The translations under genes were made by a program, and so were the position numbers. DNA of 63,983 bases, filler included, from Limisphaerales bacterium (lineage in GTDB: Bacteria; Verrucomicrobiota; Verrucomicrobiia; Limisphaerales; SIBE01), in NCBI GenBank assembly GCA_044225505.1. It is 4 parts of 4 records of this genome, joined end to end, with 100 filler letters (N's around TTAATTAATTAA, not from the genome) between each part and the next. Parts side by side here need not be neighbours in the genome. Positions count along the whole stretch, not along the records: positions 1 to 17,191 come from JBGAIN010000171.1; 3 more parts are not named here. One strand, written 5' to 3'. The notes under the pieces are model-generated. The model made no database searches and was not told where the DNA came from. It saw only the letters and a list, made by a program, of their open reading frames with translations. Below, piece after piece: positions 9,209 through 17,291 of this stretch (its first letter is position 1; the number at the start of each line of letters is the position of its first letter).

Positions 9209-11041
9209 ATGGCACTAAAAGCGGTGCAGTGGGTGATCGCCGTGATGGCGGGGCTCGTTGTGGCCGCTCCAGCGCTGAGCGCCGGCCAGTTTGAGAATCT
9301 GGGGATTCCCGTCAAGATGGGCGGGTTGATGGGTTGCGTGGTGGGGCCTAACGGGCGGGGCGGCGAGGCGCTCTATTTTAACTTCAATCAGCTTAGTGGA
9401 AAGCTATTCCTGGTTCAGGTCGATCCGGATACTGGGGAATCTCGACAGTTCGATGCACCTGAGGGGCCGGGTGCGTGGGCCCTCCTCACGGGCCCGGATG
9501 AGCGCATCTATTTGGGCACTTGGGACAGCGGGCTCATCCTTCGGTTGGATCCGAAACAACCGGATCGTGGAATTCAAGTGATGGGGAAGCCTTCGCTGAC
9601 GGAAACCTATTTATGGCAATTCGCGCTGGGAAAAGATGGCAAGCTCTACGCTTGCACTTACCCGCACGCTAAGCTGGTAAGCTTCGATCCTCAAACCGGT
9701 GCGATGGAGGATTTAGGGCGCATGCACCCAACGGAAATGTATGCTCGCAGCTTGGCCGTTGGAGCTGGCGGAGAAATCTACATTGGCATTGGAACTGGCA
9801 CGGGCGATCTCGTCGTGTTCGATCCGGCAACCAAGGAACACCGGAGTTTGCGCCCTCCAGGGCTGCAAGGCACTCCCGGATGGACGACGTTTGGAGTTTC
9901 ACGCCGGGTTGACGGCCAGGTCTACGCCGATTTCGGGACCAACATCCTGCGGCTTGAGGGCGCGGGCATTGTGCCCGTTTCAGCAATCCCCGATCGGCCA
10001 CCCTTAACGCTGCGCGACGGTCGAATCATCAAGTCTTTTGACCGCGGCCGATTCAGCGTCTTCGACCCCAAAACTGGAGCGGTAGCGGAAAAGACGTTTC
10101 CCTACGCGGGGAAAGGCGATCACATTTTCACCTTAGGGGTGGGTCCATCAAATTGCGTTTACGGCAGCACCGCCATGCCTTTGGAGATGTTTCGGTTTGA
10201 TCCTTTATCGAAACATAGTGGCCACCTGGGCTCAATGCCCGGCGCCGAGGTTTATTCCATGCTAGAGGCGGCCGGAAAACTCTATCTTTGCTATTACAGT
10301 GGCGCCATCATGTGCCAGTACGATCCGGCGAAAACATTTTGGAGATACGGATCGGGCGGAGACGCAAATCCAATCGCTTTTGGAGGAGTGGGGGACGGAC
10401 ACCTCCGCCCACGGGCAATGATCTATGGGCCCGGAGGTTTAATCTACATCGGTAGTGAACCGCCTTATGGTCAGTTGGGAGGCGCTTTGGGCGTCTGGGA
10501 TCCGCGCATGAACCGCACGGTCGAGAATTATCGCCACCTTGTCACGAACCAAAGCATTGTGTCGCTCGCTTATGATCCGCAGAGCGGGTTGATCTTTGGA
10601 GGCAGCGGCAACTACGGTGGGGGCGGCACCCAACCGGCAGAGAAAGAGGCGAAGTTCTTTGCCTTCGATCCCAAAAAGCGCGCCAAAATCTTCGAGGCGG
10701 GGCTAGCGCCCGGCGCCCGGAATTATCCTGCAACCTTGGCGGCGCGGGGGCGTGTCTACACGACCGCGGGGGATAGACTCTTCATTTTCGATACCGAGAA
10801 GATGCAAGTTTCACGCACGATTGCTTTACCAGGCGCACAGCTTGAGATTTCCCTGGCAGAATTGGAGGACGGACGCTTGGTTGGATTGACCGGGGAGGGC
10901 GTTTATATTGTGGATCCCAACGGAGCGGACGTTGCACGGATGGCGCGTGCGCCAGTGCCGGTGCGTTGTGGCTTCGCGCTCGTGAACAACGCTGTTTATT
11001 TTGGATCGGCGGCAGAGCTATGGCGATATTGGCTAAACTAA
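9209..11041 (+). CDS. Secreted beta-propeller repeat protein (PQQ/WD40-like), function unknown
   Basis: Signal peptide MALKAVQWVIAVMAGLVVAAPALSA; repeats of xGxDGxIYxGT...LxxFDPxT; starts 2 nt after the previous stop. Confidence 0.75.
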   Translation: MALKAVQWVIAVMAGLVVAAPALSAGQFENLGIPVKMGGLMGCVVGPNGRGGEALYFNFNQLSGKLFLVQVDPDTGESRQFDAPEGPGAWALLTGPDERIYLGTWDSGLILRLDPKQPDRGIQVMGKPSLTETYLWQFALGKDGKLYACTYPHAKLVSFDPQTGAMEDLGRMHPTEMYARSLAVGAGGEIYIGIGTGTGDLVVFDPATKEHRSLRPPGLQGTPGWTTFGVSRRVDGQVYADFGTNILRLEGAGIVPVSAIPDRPPLTLRDGRIIKSFDRGRFSVFDPKTGAVAEKTFPYAGKGDHIFTLGVGPSNCVYGSTAMPLEMFRFDPLSKHSGHLGSMPGAEVYSMLEAAGKLYLCYYSGAIMCQYDPAKTFWRYGSGGDANPIAFGGVGDGHLRPRAMIYGPGGLIYIGSEPPYGQLGGALGVWDPRMNRTVENYRHLVTNQSIVSLAYDPQSGLIFGGSGNYGGGGTQPAEKEAKFFAFDPKKRAKIFEAGLAPGARNYPATLAARGRVYTTAGDRLFIFDTEKMQVSRTIALPGAQLEISLAELEDGRLVGLTGEGVYIVDPNGADVARMARAPVPVRCGFALVNNAVYFGSAAELWRYWLN

Positions 11042-11171
11042 CGTCTCGCAGGTGCTCCGAGTGGCGAAAGTCAGCCGCCATGTCTGAGCTGCTCCTGCGA
11101 AGGATCCTCTGGAGCTTCCGCCGTGCGCAGATCCTGTCTCACTTTGCGAGATCATAACGAACGCTGTCCTG

Positions 11172-11957
11172 ATGGAAATCTGGGATCTTCACACACACTT
11201 GAACGGTGTCCCGGGCAGCACTCCGGAGGCGCGCTTGGGACACTTGCTCGAGTATGCCGACCGAATGGGCATTGCTCGCCTGTGCGTGTTCATGGGACTC
11301 GAGTTTGCAGAGGATCCTTCGCCGGAGCGGATGCGGCAGGAAAATGATGAAGTGCTTCGCGCGATCCGGGCCTTTCCAGATCGAGCTCTCGGCTTTGTTT
11401 ACCTCAATCCCAGGCATTCTCAAGCGAGTCTGGATGAGTTGAATCGATGCGTTCGCGATGGGCCGATGGTTGGTGTTAAATTATGGGTGGCCCAGCGGTG
11501 CAACTCGCCGGAACTGGACCCGCTCATTGCCCGAGCAGCAGAACTCAAAGCCCTGATCTTTCAGCATACTTGGATGAAAATCACAGGGAATTTGCCGGGC
11601 GAATCGACTCCAGCCGACCTCGCAGAGTTAGCTTCGCGCCATCCTGAGGCCTCGCTCGTCTGTGGTCACAGCGGCGGCAATTGGGAACTTGGGATTCGAA
11701 TCATCCGGGCATACCCAAACGTCTACGCGGACCTGGCCGGTGGCGATCCAACAGCCGGTTTTACAGAGATGGCCGTGCGAGAGTTGGGTGTCGAACGGGT
11801 GCTTTATGGCAGCGACGCAGGCGGTCGCAGTTTCGCTTCGCAACTTGCCAAAGTCTATGGAGCTGCCATTCCTGCGCGAGCCAAACGGCTGATTCTGGCG
11901 GGAAATCTCCAACGTTTGCTGCGCCCGATCCTGCGCCAGAAGGGAAGAATGCTATGA
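11172..11957 (+). CDS. Amidohydrolase family (Amidohydro_2) metal-dependent hydrolase
   Basis: IWDLHTH (HxH), GVKL, FQHT, CGHSGG, RVLYGSD. Confidence 0.9.
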   Translation: MEIWDLHTHLNGVPGSTPEARLGHLLEYADRMGIARLCVFMGLEFAEDPSPERMRQENDEVLRAIRAFPDRALGFVYLNPRHSQASLDELNRCVRDGPMVGVKLWVAQRCNSPELDPLIARAAELKALIFQHTWMKITGNLPGESTPADLAELASRHPEASLVCGHSGGNWELGIRIIRAYPNVYADLAGGDPTAGFTEMAVRELGVERVLYGSDAGGRSFASQLAKVYGAAIPARAKRLILAGNLQRLLRPILRQKGRML

Positions 11958-12856
11958 TTGGGGAACGATCGAACGACCTGACCGCGGGATCGACTCGCCG
12001 GAGCTTTCTAAAGCTGCTGGCTGCGTCCAGCGTTTGGTCGGCGCCGAAGCTTTCGGCTGCCTCTGCCCGATCCCGCCTCGGCACTGGCTCGGGAATTGAC
12101 GTCAACGTTTACTTCGGGACGTGGCCCTTGCGGCGATTGCCGGCCGATGAACCGCGAAAGTGTGTGGCCAAGTTGGAGACGCACGGGATTACCGAAGCGT
12201 GGGTAGGCAGTTTTGACGCGCTTTTGCACCGGGACCTTTCGGCGGTGAACGAGCGACTCGCGAGCGACTGCCAACGCGAAAGACGCTCCTTGCTACGGCC
12301 TTTCGGGAGCGTGAATCCCACCCAGGCGAACTGGGAAGAAGACCTTCATCGCTGCATCGCGGTGCATCGCATGCCCGGCCTTCGGCTCTTCCCGAGTTAT
12401 CACGGTTACCGGTTGGATCATCCCGAATTCGTCCGTCTCCTGCAACGGGCGGCCGAAAGTCAGATCCTTGTTCAAATCGCGTTGGTAATGGAAGACGAGC
12501 GAATGATGCACCCGCTACTGCGTGTCGAACCGGTGGATCCGACGCCTCTTATCGGTGTGGTGCGCCAAATCCCGGACGTGAAGATCGTTTTAACAAACGC
12601 GTTGCGGACCCTGACGGGATCCGCTCTCCAGGCGCTCCTTGCGGCGACGAGCGTGCGGGTGGAGATTTCCATGCTTGAAGGTGTCGCAGGAGTGGAAAGA
12701 TTGCTCGAGAAAGTGCCATTGGACCGCGTCCTTTTTGGATCGTATGCACCTCAGTTCTATTTCGAAGCTGCTTTGTTAAAACTGCAGGAATCGCGAATAA
12801 GCTTGGATCAGCGGAAGGCTATTTTGGCCGCAAGTATTCGGCGCTGGCTTGGCTGA
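11954..12856 (+). CDS. Amidohydrolase-fold protein with Tat-like leader and degenerate metal site
   Basis: ATGA overlap with the previous gene; STRRSFLKLLAA twin-arginine motif; IDVNVY where HxH is expected; GLRLFPSYHGY, RVLFGSY. Confidence 0.8.
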   Translation: MIGERSNDLTAGSTRRSFLKLLAASSVWSAPKLSAASARSRLGTGSGIDVNVYFGTWPLRRLPADEPRKCVAKLETHGITEAWVGSFDALLHRDLSAVNERLASDCQRERRSLLRPFGSVNPTQANWEEDLHRCIAVHRMPGLRLFPSYHGYRLDHPEFVRLLQRAAESQILVQIALVMEDERMMHPLLRVEPVDPTPLIGVVRQIPDVKIVLTNALRTLTGSALQALLAATSVRVEISMLEGVAGVERLLEKVPLDRVLFGSYAPQFYFEAALLKLQESRISLDQRKAILAASIRRWLG

Positions 12857-12913
12857 AGTAGCACGCGTTTCCTCGCTCGCGTCCAGGGACACTTCGATAC
12901 ATACTGCAGCGTC

Positions 12914-14258
12914 ATGGACCCGGCCAAGCCATTCTCTCCTGGGACTCTCGGTGACGGAATTAGTCGCCGTCGCTTTGTGGCAAACTCGGCTGTAATGCTC
13001 TCAGGCGCATTCCTCGCTAAGGATCTGAGTTCGGCAGGACCGGAAGTGCTGGCAATTCACGGAGGCGCAAAGACCGTCCTTTCCGTGCCTGGGTTGGGAC
13101 CTCGCTGGGGAGAGCCGGAACGAGAGCGACTGCATGAAACCTTGCAGCAAGACACGCTTTTCTATTGGAAAGGCCCTCAAACTAAAGCGTTCATCGCCCA
13201 GTTTCAGCAGGTCTGCCCAGCCAAGTATGTCATGCCATGCTCCTCTGGCACTGCCGCGCTTCACATTGCGGTCGCTGCTATCGGCATCGGGCCTGGGGAT
13301 GAGGTGATCACATCTCCAATCACGGACATTGGAACAGTGATCGGCGTTATCTACCAGCAGGGTGTTCCGGTATTTGCGGACCTTGGCCCCAGCACTTATA
13401 ACTTAGATCCCCAGGATGTGGAACGGCGCATCACACCCAGAACCAGGGCAATTATTGCGGTGCACCTCTGCGGTAATCCGTGCGATTTGACCGCGCTCAA
13501 GCGCATCGCCGAGCGACACCGGTTAGTGCTGATCGAGGATTGTGCGCAGGCTTGGGGCGCAAAGTTCCGTGGGATGGCGGTCGGTACAGTGGGACACCTG
13601 GCGTGTTGGTCTCTCCAAAACTCCAAACACATTACGTGTGGCGACGGCGGAGTCGTCGCTTCCAACGAGGAACGCTTTGGCGCTTTGCTCCAACGTTTTG
13701 GTGATAAAGGGTTCGATCGTATCCAAGGCGGAGTCTTTGAATCCTTCGCGCCGAACTATCGGTGGACAGAAACGCAGGCCGCCGTGGCCACCGCTCAGTT
13801 GACTCGGCTGGAGTCAATCGTCGCGCGACGCGACCGGTTGGGTACTCTGCTTTCACAGAATCTGGAGGGAGTCTCCGGCGTCAAGCCGCACGCGGTACAT
13901 CCCGAAGATCGATGCGGTTTTTGGTTTTACTTCTTACGCGTGGAACCGGAGCGGCTCAGTTGCAGTCGAGATGAGTTCGTCAGAGCGCTTGCCGCCGAAG
14001 GAGTCGACTGTAGCGCTGGCTATATCCCCTTACCGCTCTATGGGAACCCTGTCTTCCAAAAGCACGGATTCTTTGGTGGCCGCTGGCCTGTGCGGGAGTT
14101 CGGATTGACGCAGATGGATTACTCGCAGACTCATTGTCCGGAAGCGGGCCATCTTAAAAACTGGCATTCGTCTCACGCTTCATGAAGGGATGACCGAAGA
14201 CTACATCCAGAACGCGGCTCGCGCGGTCCAGAAGGTAGCGCGTTTTTTTCAGACATGA
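12914..14258 (+). CDS. DegT/DnrJ/EryC1/StrS PLP-dependent aminotransferase with Tat-like leader; frameshifted near 14147
   Basis: SSGTAALH, IEDCAQA, SLQNSKHITCGDGG (PLP lysine); ISRRRFVA leader. The ORF stops at 14185, but the shifted frame from 14148 gives AILKTGIRLTLHEGMTEDYIQNAARAVQKVARFFQT* ending at 14258 and overlapping the next ATG (ATGA). Confidence 0.88.
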
Positions 14259-15031
14259 ACGAGATTTCAACAGCACCCGATCGCGTGGTGATCGTGACGG
14301 GCGGCGGAAGCGGTATTGGCCGAGCTGTTGCGGCTCAGCTCGCTGTCGAAGGTTGGTGTGTGGTGGCCGCTGATTTGAATCTGGCGTCGGCCACCGAGAC
14401 GACACAGATTATCCTTTCAAACCAAGGCCGCGGCTCTCCCGCGAGAGTGGACATCGCCTGCGCCGAAAGTTGCGCGCAAATGGTCAAAGGGGCGGTAACT
14501 CGTTTCGGACGAGTCGACGCTCTGGTGAATTGCGCGGGAATCAGCCGTCCGGGCGATTCACTCACCTATAGCCAAAAGGACTGGGAGCAGCTGATCGATG
14601 TGCAACTCAATGGTGCATTCTTCACGGCTCAAGCGTTTGGGCAACAGGTTGTGCAGCAGAACTCCGAGGGATCTGTCGTGTTCATCTCCTCGACCAACGC
14701 TGAGGCCGCCTTTCCCCGCCGCGCGGCCTATTGCGCCGCCAAAGCTGGCGTGGCCATGCTGACTAAGGTGCTGGCCATTGAGTGGGCCAGTCGCGGGATT
14801 CGAGTCAACGCCGTCGGACCGGCCTATGTGGAAACGGAAATGACCAAGCGCAACATTGCGGCGGGCAACATTTCCCGCGAGGCCATCGAGCGCAGGATCC
14901 CATTGGGGCGGCTGGGACAGCCGACGGAGGTGGCAGATGCTGTGTCATTTTTGCTGTCGGAAAAGGCGCGGTTTATTACGGGACAATCGTTGTATGTCGA
15001 TGGGGGCTGGCTTGCATACGGTTATCTTTGA
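14255..15031 (+). CDS. Short-chain dehydrogenase/reductase (SDR)
   Basis: VTGGGSGIG, VNCAG, YCAAK (YxxxK), GIRVNAVGP, ITGQSLYVDGG. Confidence 0.95.
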   Translation: MNEISTAPDRVVIVTGGGSGIGRAVAAQLAVEGWCVVAADLNLASATETTQIILSNQGRGSPARVDIACAESCAQMVKGAVTRFGRVDALVNCAGISRPGDSLTYSQKDWEQLIDVQLNGAFFTAQAFGQQVVQQNSEGSVVFISSTNAEAAFPRRAAYCAAKAGVAMLTKVLAIEWASRGIRVNAVGPAYVETEMTKRNIAAGNISREAIERRIPLGRLGQPTEVADAVSFLLSEKARFITGQSLYVDGGWLAYGYL

Positions 15032-15118
15032 GGTGGTTACAGTTCGCACCGGGATAGTGCAGCTTTAAGGGAAGGATTCTTGGCCGACGAGCGTGTGTCT
15101 GTGTGAAAACAACATGAC

Positions 15119-15916
15119 ATGCCTATGAAACGACTCTTTAATATCCTGGTCCTCGCGATGATCGCATCGGAGGCCGCAGCACAAACGCCCTCTCCTTTCC
15201 CACCACCGGCTCCTGGTTCCAAGGCGTTCGGGCGAACTGCCCAGCCGCAGGAGGCATCCTTGACTCGTTTTGACCTCGATTTCCCAGGTGGAACTCCCAG
15301 TGACCTCATCGTCCATATGGAGAAAGCCATGGGAAAGGCAGTCAATGCCATTGTGCCAGGGGAAGCGTCGCAGATCCGTATCCCTCCGTTAAAGCTGCGG
15401 TCAGTGACCGTGCCGGAACTCTTCGACGCGTTGGGCGAGTCTAGTCAACGAACGGTGAGCTATGTTACCGGCTTCTCAGACTTCGGTAACGGCCAGAGGC
15501 GGGAGGTGGTGCAGCAAGCCCAGGTGAATTATGGCTTCAATCGAACTGGCGGTGCGCCACTGACCGACGAGACGGTCTGGTACTTTTATGATCGGACGAA
15601 GCAGAATCTCCCTTCCTCGAATACGAATCCTAAGATTTGCCGGTTCTGGCAGCTTGGACCGTACTTGGAGGCCTATAAAATCGACGATATTACCACAGCC
15701 ATTCAAACAGGGTATCGGCTCCTGGGCGAGACGGCTCCCGTCATCAATTTCCACAAAGACACACGGTTGCTGATTGCCGTCGGCGAAAGCGCCAATTTGA
15801 AGTTGATTGATGACGTGTTGCGTGAGTTGACTCCGGGCGCTCCCAAATCCGTCGCGCCAAGCGCTCCTCTCAAACCGGCAAAGTCAGCAGAGCGTTCCCT
15901 CCAACCTGAGCGTTGA
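15119..15916 (+). CDS. Secreted protein with STN-like and Secretin_N-like segments
   Basis: Signal peptide ending ASEAAA. FDLDFPGGTP...LKLRSVTVPELFDAL resembles STN; INFHKDTRLLIAVGESANLKLIDDVLREL resembles a secretin N-repeat. Domain calls are by eye. Confidence 0.55.
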   Translation: MPMKRLFNILVLAMIASEAAAQTPSPFPPPAPGSKAFGRTAQPQEASLTRFDLDFPGGTPSDLIVHMEKAMGKAVNAIVPGEASQIRIPPLKLRSVTVPELFDALGESSQRTVSYVTGFSDFGNGQRREVVQQAQVNYGFNRTGGAPLTDETVWYFYDRTKQNLPSSNTNPKICRFWQLGPYLEAYKIDDITTAIQTGYRLLGETAPVINFHKDTRLLIAVGESANLKLIDDVLRELTPGAPKSVAPSAPLKPAKSAERSLQPER

Positions 15917-15919
15917 CGT

Positions 15920-16564
15920 TTGCTTGTGCCAATGGCGCGGTCCATCCCGAGGGTTTGGGAGTGTCCACCAAGTGGAATGGACGAGCCCTTGCCAGCAGTG
16001 AGTATAAAGGTCGAGATCCCAGTTCTAACTCGGCAGATGCAAGCGGGAAACGAAGCTGCATACCGAGAGTTTTATCAGCGCTATTTTCATCGGCTGCTTC
16101 GCTATCTGTTTGTCGTTACTCATGGGCAGGAAGATGTTGCTCGGGATGCTCTCCAAGCCGCCCTGCTGCGAGTCGTGCGCTATATCAAACCGTTCGAGTC
16201 GGAAGAGGTGTTTTGGAGTTGGTTGACGGTTCTGGCGCGGAGCGCTGCGGCCGACCTGCAGCGTAAAGAGATCCGGCACCTTGGATTATTACAGCGCTTT
16301 TTTAGGCATCGGCCCGCACCGTCCGAGCCAAACATCGATTCCGACGCCGAGTTGAACAAGCTCTTAGGGGCCAACTTGGCCGCGCTGACCGAGGACGAGA
16401 GAGTTTTGATCCAACGCAAGTATTTTGAGCGGCAATCCGTCGCCACGATTGCCGCGACGCTGGGTCTCACAGAAAAGGCCGTGGACTCTCGCTTGGTGCG
16501 CGTTCGGCGAAAACTCAAAACCCTCATCCTTGCGCAACTTCATGACCCCGGATCCAAACTCTGA
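15920..16564 (+). CDS. ECF RNA polymerase sigma factor
   Basis: GNEAAYREFYQRYFHRLLRYL, FWSWLTVLAR, ERVLIQRKYFERQSVATIAATLGLTEKAVDSRLVRVRRKLK. True start may be ATG 15977. Confidence 0.9.
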   Translation: MLVPMARSIPRVWECPPSGMDEPLPAVSIKVEIPVLTRQMQAGNEAAYREFYQRYFHRLLRYLFVVTHGQEDVARDALQAALLRVVRYIKPFESEEVFWSWLTVLARSAAADLQRKEIRHLGLLQRFFRHRPAPSEPNIDSDAELNKLLGANLAALTEDERVLIQRKYFERQSVATIAATLGLTEKAVDSRLVRVRRKLKTLILAQLHDPGSKL

Positions 16565-17051
16565 GCAGCTGCTCAACGATATTTTCGAGCAGGCGACACC
16601 GGAATTCGGCTCCGCCCTGTTGGAAAAAACCTTGGCGGCAGTGCGACAGCGTCGACGGCTTCGCCGAGCAAACCGTGTCCTAGCGGCACTGGCGCTGGTC
16701 ATGCTCGCGTCGATCTGGCTGTGGCACGGACAAAACAGAGACATCGGTGAACCGAGTTCGGGTGCGGGCCGCACGACTCCAGCATTCGTCGCGGTCGTCG
16801 AGACAAGGCCGTTGGCACGTGACGCCGTCGTCACAAGCCGAACCGGTTTTGTTCCCGAATTACTCTCGTCGCCAGGGGGGGTACAGATAGTCCAGTCCGA
16901 TGATCTTCGGCCGGCCTACCAAGAACTGACTGATGATGAACTTTTATCGCTCTGCGTCGGACGTGCTGTCGCTCTGGTTCGGCACGGGCCAAGACAGGCT
17001 GACTTGCTGTTTCTCGATGGAGGACAGCGAGCGGACATACCCACTCCTTAG
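16542..17051 (+). CDS. Putative membrane anti-sigma factor
   Basis: Overlaps the ECF 3' end; short N-terminal domain, basic RQRRRLRR then one TM helix (VLAALALVMLASIWLW), small C-terminal domain. Confidence 0.65.
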   Translation: MTPDPNSEQLLNDIFEQATPEFGSALLEKTLAAVRQRRRLRRANRVLAALALVMLASIWLWHGQNRDIGEPSSGAGRTTPAFVAVVETRPLARDAVVTSRTGFVPELLSSPGGVQIVQSDDLRPAYQELTDDELLSLCVGRAVALVRHGPRQADLLFLDGGQRADIPTP

Positions 17052-17191
17052 CCTAAGTTCCCGAACATTTTGAGAGAAACATCAACTTTGTTGGGGTTTT
17101 GGCAAATAGTGTAGCAAGTAATATGTTTATACTGCCTGCAATTGTCTTTGACCATGCTGGATGCATTGTCTACTCTGTAGCCCGTGTTCGT

Positions 17192-17291
17192 NNNNNNNNN
17201 NNNNNNNNNNNNNNNNNNNNNNNNNNNNNNNNNNNTTAATTAATTAANNNNNNNNNNNNNNNNNNNNNNNNNNNNNNNNNNNNNNNNNNNN
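17192..17291. other. Artificial contig spacer N44-TTAATTAATTAA-N44
   Basis: 100-nt spacer with a six-frame stop core, identical to 34364-34463 and 52152-52251. Confidence 0.99.

Noticed and set aside
17192..17291. TTAATTAATTAA palindrome within N runs (also 34364-34463 and 52152-52251)
   Set aside because: Identical 100-nt synthetic spacer with stops in six frames. It is not biological, so neighbourhoods across it and ORF ends inside it are meaningless.
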